DNA from: a virus
Taxonomy: Duplodnaviria > Caudoviricetes
Virus record (IMG/VR): IMGVR_UViG_3300008255_000320
Coordinates: 1-32,092 of that record
Length of the DNA stretch: 32,092 nucleotides
Direction: 5' to 3' (one strand)
Shown: one piece after another, positions 25,838 through 32,092 of the stretch
Position numbering within the stretch: position 1 is the stretch's first letter
Layout of the letters: each line of letters begins with the position of its first letter
Notes under the pieces: generated by a model
Database searches by the model: none
What the model was told of the DNA's origin: nothing
The model's input: the letters and a program-made list of their open reading frames with translations, nothing else
Position numbers and translations under genes: made by a program

Positions 25838-27385
25838 TCAGATCGTTCGCCAATCATCTTCTTCAGAACCTTCCACCATCAGTTCAGCAAATTCCTCTTC
25901 GCTAACGTTATCACATTCATCTTTCGGTTCAAAGTAGCGAAGACCCTTTTCGAGCAGCTCAATTATGTAAGCAGCCGCATCAATCATATCCCAGCGCTTT
26001 GGTCTTGGAAATGCAAGCAACTGCATTTCGTAAGGCAAACAGTTAGCTTCGTTATGAAAAACAAGGCCTTGACGGTAGAAACCTATCATACTTGCGACTC
26101 GACCTTTCTTACCACCACCTACACCACTGAACTCACCTTTGCCACTCCGAGCCTCTAAAAATACGGGCTCTATAATAAGACCGCGCCGACTGATCTCATT
26201 TAACAACGGAAAGGTTCCAAACTCGCCAAGGCCTGTTTTCTCAAATCCAAGAACACGAGCTCTATATCTTGTGCAAGTATTAAGCGCATCAGCAATAAGT
26301 TCATCAGGGTGGAAATGCTCACCTCTTGCTTCACGCAAATAGAATGTGTTCTTCTCAGTATCAACTCCCCAAACAACTATACCACTCTCAGCATTATACA
26401 TCTTAGCTGTTTTAGCTGGATCGACTATTACAACAGTTTCAATATAGCCATCATTAACACGCTCCAGAAACCCCTTATCTGTCTCATTATAGTAATGAAA
26501 CATTTCCTCTTTAAAAGCAGCATCCTCCTTTGATGTTGCCTGACCCATATACTCACGAGCAAAAACATCCATCATCTTCTTATCACGATGCTCTTTCAGT
26601 TCTCGATCTAAAATAATCTGAGGCTTAAAGTTAGGAGCAAGGGTTTTAAAATCATCATCACAGATGCTTAATCTAAGCGACTCCCACTCAGGGGCTTCTA
26701 ACAAATGAGCCATAATAGAATCTTCGTGTTTAAGAGTATCTATATAAAAAATCTGCCACTTTCTATGGTGTTGAGGAACGCACTTAATATGGCTGGAAAA
26801 AAACAGCTCCATCAACTTTGCACGAAGTTCCTCATTCTGAACCTCTTCATCATCCTCAAGATCGTCAAAAATAGGTAGATCACACCTAAAACTCATCCAA
26901 TTAAGTCCTCGTAGTTGCTGCTTATTTCCACGAGGCATTATTAATGTTTGGTAGCTAATCCAGCCCTTTTTGCTAAACTGAGGATCGTCCCCAGAATAAT
27001 CAACCGTTTTAAGATCACCAAAGAGTTTCCTAATTATCGGACTGTAACGCAGCTCATTCTTCAGATTCTCGGTTTGCATCATAGCCATTGTCTCGCTTTT
27101 ACTAACGTATGGAATAAAGTGACTCAGACGAAACAATATATTTTTAGCGGCTAAGGCCCTCGCAATGCTCGTCTTTCCGATACCACGAGGGGCTTCTACT
27201 ACTTTATAGTTGCAGTCACTATTGTCAATCAGATCAAAGATTTGGTCATGCAACGACGAGAATGGAATATCAAAAGTATCTGGAAAAAACGTCTTACAGA
27301 ATAGCTTAGTATTACCTACGCACATCGCAAGTGTGTCCATTAACTCTTCGTTCTCTCGAAAATTATATTGTTGAGATATAGCCAT
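25838..27385 (-). CDS. terL: terminase large subunit
   Basis: Walker A APRGIGKT, LRG, Walker B IFDDLED, nuclease motifs VIVDPA and WDMIDAAAY. Confidence 0.92.
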   Translation of the reverse strand: MAISQQYNFRENEELMDTLAMCVGNTKLFCKTFFPDTFDIPFSSLHDQIFDLIDNSDCNYKVVEAPRGIGKTSIARALAAKNILFRLSHFIPYVSKSETMAMMQTENLKNELRYSPIIRKLFGDLKTVDYSGDDPQFSKKGWISYQTLIMPRGNKQQLRGLNWMSFRCDLPIFDDLEDDEEVQNEELRAKLMELFFSSHIKCVPQHHRKWQIFYIDTLKHEDSIMAHLLEAPEWESLRLSICDDDFKTLAPNFKPQIILDRELKEHRDKKMMDVFAREYMGQATSKEDAAFKEEMFHYYNETDKGFLERVNDGYIETVVIVDPAKTAKMYNAESGIVVWGVDTEKNTFYLREARGEHFHPDELIADALNTCTRYRARVLGFEKTGLGEFGTFPLLNEISRRGLIIEPVFLEARSGKGEFSGVGGGKKGRVASMIGFYRQGLVFHNEANCLPYEMQLLAFPRPKRWDMIDAAAYIIELLEKGLRYFEPKDECDNVSEEEFAELMVEGSEEDDWRTI

Positions 27386-27388
27386 TAT

Positions 27389-30300
27389 CTACAATGATGT
27401 TATATATAAGATTTTAACTGTCAGATTGCCAGTGTCTACTAACGCTGTAATATCTTGGCAAGCAGCAGAAAGATCTATAAAAGTTACATCTATACCGTAC
27501 GATTCTGTAGTTCCTATACCATCATAAACTACAACATTTACACCAGAAGCATTATACTTTAGTCCCTCAAACACAGCTAATACTGTCCCTGTAATCGCCG
27601 CATCTCTAATCGTAAAAACAATGCCAACGTTATCTAAGCGAAAATTAGTCCCAACATAGCCCTTACCAATGTTATCAGTACTGCTAACAGCATCCCCATT
27701 CCATCTATTATATAATGTCGCCTGTAAGGTACCAGGATCTGTTCCATTAGCTAAATGAAGATCGCACATTCTAACAACTCGCCCAGCCGTTCCATCGCCC
27801 TGTAGCTGGTTAGCTAATGCCGCTCCCTCGTACCCATCGACAGCATCGCTATTTAAATTGGTAGCAACTGTTGTTGAAGCTACTGTTAACGGAGCTGTTC
27901 CAGTTGTTACATCGCTCTCAAACGTGTTAGAACGAATCTCATGACTACCAGCATCCCAATTAGCGGTTAGTGAGACTGTTCCATCTGCGAGAATCGGATT
28001 ACTAGAAGTAGTAGAAGCAGCAATATTAAGCCAACTACCACCAAGATTCTTCGTCTGCATTATACCACCTGCAGTGGTTCTAATACCATAACCACCTGAA
28101 CCTGCCGAAGTAGAAGCAAGAAAGGCAGTATCAGCAGTATTGGTTGTAAAGTTTATATAGCGAGACGAGTCAGTTCCAACTATTCCAATACCATAATTGC
28201 TAATCCACATTCTCAACTTTGTATCATCATACTTAGTCGCCGCCGAACTAAGACTATGAAACAACAAACCAGTTCCAGTAGTCGAACCGGACAATGGTGG
28301 ATAGTTATAGTAATTAAGTCCAACTATCTTAGCTCCAAGAACATCTCCATAACCACGATGACCATTTATAACATCTCTATAAGCACCAAATAGTATTTGA
28401 TTCTTACTCTCCGGATTAGCAGGCGTTCCTGTATAATGAAAGCCCCGACCAAGACGAATAGAGGTATTTCTTCCCGTTGCATTAAACGTTGTATCGTTAA
28501 TAGTAATATTTGAGTATCTTGCAGCATTGTCAACAACATTAAAATCAGTTGCCGAACCATGAGCAGAACCACTTTCGATAATATTCGTACAATCAGAAAA
28601 GTATGGATAGTTATAGTTGCATCCCTCAAAAGTATTAGAAGCCACATACACAGAATCTATTCCATGTAGCTCTATTGGATATCTTGGAAGGTTAATACCA
28701 ACTGCATTTCTAAACGTGTTTCCAACTATTTCTACATGTTTAGCAAACACTCCACCAGCTAAATATATGGTACTATATGTATTATTAGACTCCTTACCAC
28801 AGTTCACAAATAGGTTATTTTTTATACTTAGCGATCTAAGAGTGTCACCACTACCTCCACCATAATATATAGCATACTGGTCAATATCTTTAAACGTACA
28901 GTTATAGAAGCTCAATCTATTAACATCTCCGAATGAGTTTATAGCTGGGCTTCCAGTGGTACTATCAAACGTACAACCATTAAATGTTAATCCACTAACA
29001 CCATTTAGATATACCCCTAATTTCCCTGTAATATGACACCCAGTAAACGTAACATTTTTCCCCCCTCCTGGCCAACATAAAGAGAGTACATAAGAAGTAC
29101 CACTCTTAATATTGACATTAGAAACCAGTAGATTTTCAATATAATGGACACCTACACCTATTCCTATACATGTGGGTGTGTAAATGTTGCCGTTCGATAT
29201 AGTAATGTTTCTAAACTCTGCATGATATACTTCTTCTATATCTATACCACAATAACCGCCTATTATATTAAAGTTGTTGATAACGATATTGCTAACTTCT
29301 CCTTCTGCTGAAGAATCTACAGGAGTGTCAAAAGGATTCCCACAAGGATAAGGCGTTAGAGAGTTTTTTGCTTCTATAGTTATTGCGTTTCTTCCAACAA
29401 GGTTATGACAACCGTTAGCATCAACTACTCCATTAGTGTAACCACCCGCATAGAACCATTTGCTAGGAATAGCTATAGAAACATCACTAATAAATATATC
29501 TCGACCACCATCTATATATATACCATCACCAGGAAAATTTTCTATTCGACTGCCTGTTATATGAACATTATTGCTTTCTACTAAATTTATTGCTCCTCTA
29601 AATTCGTGCATCGGAGTAACACGAAAATCTGAGGTAGCGTCAGGTATAGTTTGCCAATTTGCTGTAGTTGTTATTGCTGAGTTGCCTCCAACTGTTACTC
29701 CACTGGTTGCTATCCTCCTACATTGACCAGTTCCAAGTCCAGCAATTACATGAATAAACCAACCTTTAAGAGAATCAGCAACAAGAAGAGTAAGATCACC
29801 TAAAACCGCTCCACCAGCTGTAGCAGAAATTATATTACCAGTTGCATATTCTGTATCACTATTTCCATCAAATAGTCCCCCAGTTATAACAATATCAGAA
29901 TCTCTCCACGCCTGAATAAATGAATTTTGACAACGTTCTGTATTCTTTCTATATGTCCATGATACTCTATTACTGGGAGGAAGATCAAGTTTCTGACCAG
30001 AGCTAAGAAATATCTCAGTATCGGCGATCGCGTCAATTGTAGATGGTTGTCCATAGACCGTTCCAGTTGAAGGAACGACTCCACCAGAATAAATCGCATC
30101 AAGTAAACTTGAATAGAACTTCCTGTTTCTTCCTCCATAAATTCCAAACTGCGTATCGCCACCTTGAACAAACTTACCAGCAGTCCCACTCCAATCTGTT
30201 CTTCGTGAATAGTTTGAACCACCAAGAATATCTTCCCACAGTGTGTACATTCCACTGATTGCTACACTAAACTGATGCATCATTAGCCCAGCAACATACG

Positions 30301-30472
30301 AGCCTTGAACAGTAATTCCAGCTGTTGGTGTCATAGCAATCCCACGTAGCTGTGCAGTTGACAAACTACTTTTCATCTTCTCACGCCAGGGCGTAGTGTT
30401 TGTAATAGCACCAATAGTCGTAGCCAACAGCAAAACTACTAAAACTGATCTAACGATCAAAGTCTTGTTCAT
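27389..30472 (-). CDS. tailspike/tail fibre with right-handed beta-helix (pectate lyase-like) region and signal-peptide-like N-terminus
   Basis: GDGIYI, GIDIE, NITISNG and VGNTF beta-helix rungs; fibre motif ADGTVSLTANWDAG...GTAPLTVASTTVATNLNSDAVDG; N-terminus MNKTLIVRSVLVVLLLATTIGA. Confidence 0.7.
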   Translation of the reverse strand: MNKTLIVRSVLVVLLLATTIGAITNTTPWREKMKSSLSTAQLRGIAMTPTAGITVQGSYVAGLMMHQFSVAISGMYTLWEDILGGSNYSRRTDWSGTAGKFVQGGDTQFGIYGGRNRKFYSSLLDAIYSGGVVPSTGTVYGQPSTIDAIADTEIFLSSGQKLDLPPSNRVSWTYRKNTERCQNSFIQAWRDSDIVITGGLFDGNSDTEYATGNIISATAGGAVLGDLTLLVADSLKGWFIHVIAGLGTGQCRRIATSGVTVGGNSAITTTANWQTIPDATSDFRVTPMHEFRGAINLVESNNVHITGSRIENFPGDGIYIDGGRDIFISDVSIAIPSKWFYAGGYTNGVVDANGCHNLVGRNAITIEAKNSLTPYPCGNPFDTPVDSSAEGEVSNIVINNFNIIGGYCGIDIEEVYHAEFRNITISNGNIYTPTCIGIGVGVHYIENLLVSNVNIKSGTSYVLSLCWPGGGKNVTFTGCHITGKLGVYLNGVSGLTFNGCTFDSTTGSPAINSFGDVNRLSFYNCTFKDIDQYAIYYGGGSGDTLRSLSIKNNLFVNCGKESNNTYSTIYLAGGVFAKHVEIVGNTFRNAVGINLPRYPIELHGIDSVYVASNTFEGCNYNYPYFSDCTNIIESGSAHGSATDFNVVDNAARYSNITINDTTFNATGRNTSIRLGRGFHYTGTPANPESKNQILFGAYRDVINGHRGYGDVLGAKIVGLNYYNYPPLSGSTTGTGLLFHSLSSAATKYDDTKLRMWISNYGIGIVGTDSSRYINFTTNTADTAFLASTSAGSGGYGIRTTAGGIMQTKNLGGSWLNIAASTTSSNPILADGTVSLTANWDAGSHEIRSNTFESDVTTGTAPLTVASTTVATNLNSDAVDGYEGAALANQLQGDGTAGRVVRMCDLHLANGTDPGTLQATLYNRWNGDAVSSTDNIGKGYVGTNFRLDNVGIVFTIRDAAITGTVLAVFEGLKYNASGVNVVVYDGIGTTESYGIDVTFIDLSAACQDITALVDTGNLTVKILYITSL

Positions 30473-30656
30473 GTTCTTCCTCTATAAAAACCGGCGTTCC
30501 AACAATAGTAATAGTATCAGCAACAATAGATAGCTCCGTAACTATTATAGTATCAACAACATCAGCAATTCTTAATGATGTATCAGCTGTTATTTCGTCA
30601 ACTGTTCTTCTAACATCGGCCGAAGTGGATATTGTTCTTTTTGCATCCTTATTCAT
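30450..30656 (-). CDS. small hypothetical virion protein
   Basis: 68-aa ORF overlapping both neighbours. Confidence 0.55.
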   Translation of the reverse strand: MNKDAKRTISTSADVRRTVDEITADTSLRIADVVDTIIVTELSIVADTITIVGTPVFIEEEHEQDFDR

Positions 30657-31000
30657 ACTCTTTTCGACAGAATAACACTTCCTTCAAGAATTCTAATTGG
30701 AACCCCTCCACTTGGTGTCAGCTCAATATTATAAACAGCCCTATTAAAATCGAGCATCACAGTTACTAGCTCGCCAACGTCTATCGTTATGGAACCGTTT
30801 ACACCACCAAGCACTATTTCGCCACTAACTGTACCCCAATCGAAGATAGTCACAGCATGTTCCTTCGTATATTTACAGCGCATTGATGCAGTATAACCTG
30901 TTAAATCAACAGCATTACCCGCATCGTCGTTCCACTGAATAATACGAAGAAACCTCGCTCCACCCTCTATTGTAAAATCGTGCTGTGCTGCAAGCATCAA
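30653..31000 (-). CDS. BppU-N-like Ig-fold tail accessory protein
   Basis: FTIEGGA, AVDLTGYTASM, AVYNIEL and RILEG pattern typical of these small tail/baseplate proteins. Confidence 0.6.
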   Translation of the reverse strand: MMLAAQHDFTIEGGARFLRIIQWNDDAGNAVDLTGYTASMRCKYTKEHAVTIFDWGTVSGEIVLGGVNGSITIDVGELVTVMLDFNRAVYNIELTPSGGVPIRILEGSVILSKRV

Positions 31001-31009
31001 TATATCTCA

Positions 31010-31030
31010 CAAATCAAAATTTTTAATTTG
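31010..31030. repeat. 21-bp palindrome copy 7 (CAAATCAAAATTTTTAATTTG)
   Basis: Identical to copy 6; overlaps the stop of the 93-aa gene. Confidence 0.95.
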
Positions 31031-31304
31031 AACCTGCTAATTGTTGTCTTCTAACATCATGCAACATTGCTAATATAACCTTCTGATCTGCACGAATATC
31101 AGCTATATCCTGAACGTATTTCTTCTCAAGCGAATCAAGACGAATATCTAGCTGCTCATAGTGTTCTTCAAGAGGCCCAAACGTTAGATACTGTCCCATT
31201 GCAATAGTTGAAGTAATAATGGCAATGATGGAAATAAGAATAGTAAGCCATACCTTCATTCTTACTTCAATAGCCTCATCTTTGTTGAGCATTAGCTTTC
31301 TCAA
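31023..31304 (-). CDS. single-TM coiled-coil membrane protein (possible lysis accessory); start uncertain
   Basis: VWLTILISIIAIITSTIAM hydrophobic helix followed by a coiled coil. Confidence 0.55.
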   Translation of the reverse strand: MRKLMLNKDEAIEVRMKVWLTILISIIAIITSTIAMGQYLTFGPLEEHYEQLDIRLDSLEKKYVQDIADIRADQKVILAMLHDVRRQQLAGSN

Positions 31305-31406
31305 AGTATGTAATTCATGTTGTTATTATTACACCTTAGAGCCGCCAGCTGAAGAACCTGCACAATTAACTAGCGGCTTGCTCAGGAAGGAGCAGGCTTC
31401 CTCTTA

Positions 31407-31586
31407 CTAGTCGAGAACTTCCTTACCCATGTTGGTCAGAGTGTCAGTTACAAACTTGACAATGTCTCCAACAGAAGGTTTGTAGCTCTCGCCAGGATGA
31501 GCATCTTCGAACTCCTCACCCTTAGCTCCAACATCCTCCAAAGTCATACCAACTACCTTAACTGCTTCATACGTTGTTAGTGCCAT
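31407..31586 (-). CDS. hypothetical 59-aa protein (absent from the ORF track)
   Basis: Manual translation MALTTYEAVKVVGMTLEDVGAKGEEFEDAHPGESYKPSVGDIVKFVTDTLTNMGKEVLD*; AAGGAAG upstream; fills the gap in the operon. Confidence 0.7.
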   Translation of the reverse strand: MALTTYEAVKVVGMTLEDVGAKGEEFEDAHPGESYKPSVGDIVKFVTDTLTNMGKEVLD

Positions 31587-31830
31587 TTGCTTCTTCCTTT
31601 CGCTTTTTGTTCCACTTTACTATTTTATGCCAAAAACCACCAACAGTTGTCAGCACTCCTATTACAATAATATCTTTACCATATTCAGCGGTCTGCGAAA
31701 ACAGACACAAACAGATACCAAGAGCCGTTCCTATAAGACCAGAAAATGTCTTCTTTCCGTCGGCCTTCAACCAAAGCTTTGCTGCATTGGGCAACAAAAA
31801 CATAGCAAGTTTGGCAAGCAGTTTAGTCAC
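31567..31830 (-). CDS. putative holin (2 TM)
   Basis: GTG 31830 with AAGGAG SD; DGKKT + TM, second TM and basic C-terminal tail. Confidence 0.55.
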   Translation of the reverse strand: MTKLLAKLAMFLLPNAAKLWLKADGKKTFSGLIGTALGICLCLFSQTAEYGKDIIVIGVLTTVGGFWHKIVKWNKKRKEEANGTNNV

Positions 31831-32092
31831 CAAAAATCTCCTTCCAAACAGCATCAAGCGTTAGCAAAACGATTCCAGTCCCAAACAGGCTCCATTGCAG
31901 TTTATCGCTAGACTTAATCTCAAGGTTAATCCATTTCCAACGAACATAGAATCCATGCCCTTTCTCAGGTGGGAAAAGTTTGCCAGTTTGTACAAGACGA
32001 ATACCTCTTTGATGTACCCAGCTTGTGAATAGAAGATTTCCAGTAACAAACACAAATCCGCGCTCAGAAAAGATAGAATATTGTGGCTTCCA
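31823..32092 (-). CDS. partial hypothetical protein (5' end outside the window)
   Basis: Frame open from the window edge to stop 31823; C-terminal hydrophobic segment. Confidence 0.55.
   Translation of the reverse strand, partial: WKPQYSIFSERGFVFVTGNLLFTSWVHQRGIRLVQTGKLFPPEKGHGFYVRWKWINLEIKSSDKLQWSLFGTGIVLLTLDAVWKEIFGD

Noticed and set aside
27389-30472. Diversity-generating retroelement target in the tailspike
   Set aside because: No reverse transcriptase and no template/variable repeat pair were seen in the window.
2823-31030. 21-bp repeats as CRISPR repeats or transposon ends
   Set aside because: Copies are kilobases apart with whole genes between them; no transposase or target-site duplications were seen.
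1-32092. Integrase/att sites, tRNA, rRNA, endolysin, small terminase
   Set aside because: None recognisable in this window; they may lie outside it.

Overview
This window is part of a tailed dsDNA phage genome with podovirus-like gene content, arranged as two convergent arms. The + strand arm (1-11654) starts at a sigma70-type promoter. It encodes small early proteins, a recombination module (Cas4/RecB-like PD-(D/E)XK nuclease, Sak4-like AAA ATPase, DUF669-like SSB), a likely ribbon-helix-helix protein, a stand-alone NrdJ C-terminal (TSCPD-like) domain, a ParB-HTH-DNA methyltransferase fusion, a UDG-3'exo-PolA fusion polymerase, a DUF3987/YfjI-like ATPase and an FN3 lipoprotein. The - strand arm (11693-32092) is the morphogenesis operon: membrane/holin-like genes, a beta-helix tailspike with a signal-peptide-like N-terminus, terminase large subunit, portal, scaffold, major capsid, adaptor and nozzle tail proteins and three putative ejection proteins. 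The most striking unexplained signal is a 21-bp palindrome (CAAATYAAA-WNW-TTTRATTTG). It is present in 7 clear copies and 1 degenerate copy, all at gene junctions, and is spaced about 4.6-5.2 kb apart across the late arm. It may be a set of parS-like loading sites for the ParB-methyltransferase fusion. All family calls come from motif recognition by eye; no searches were run.
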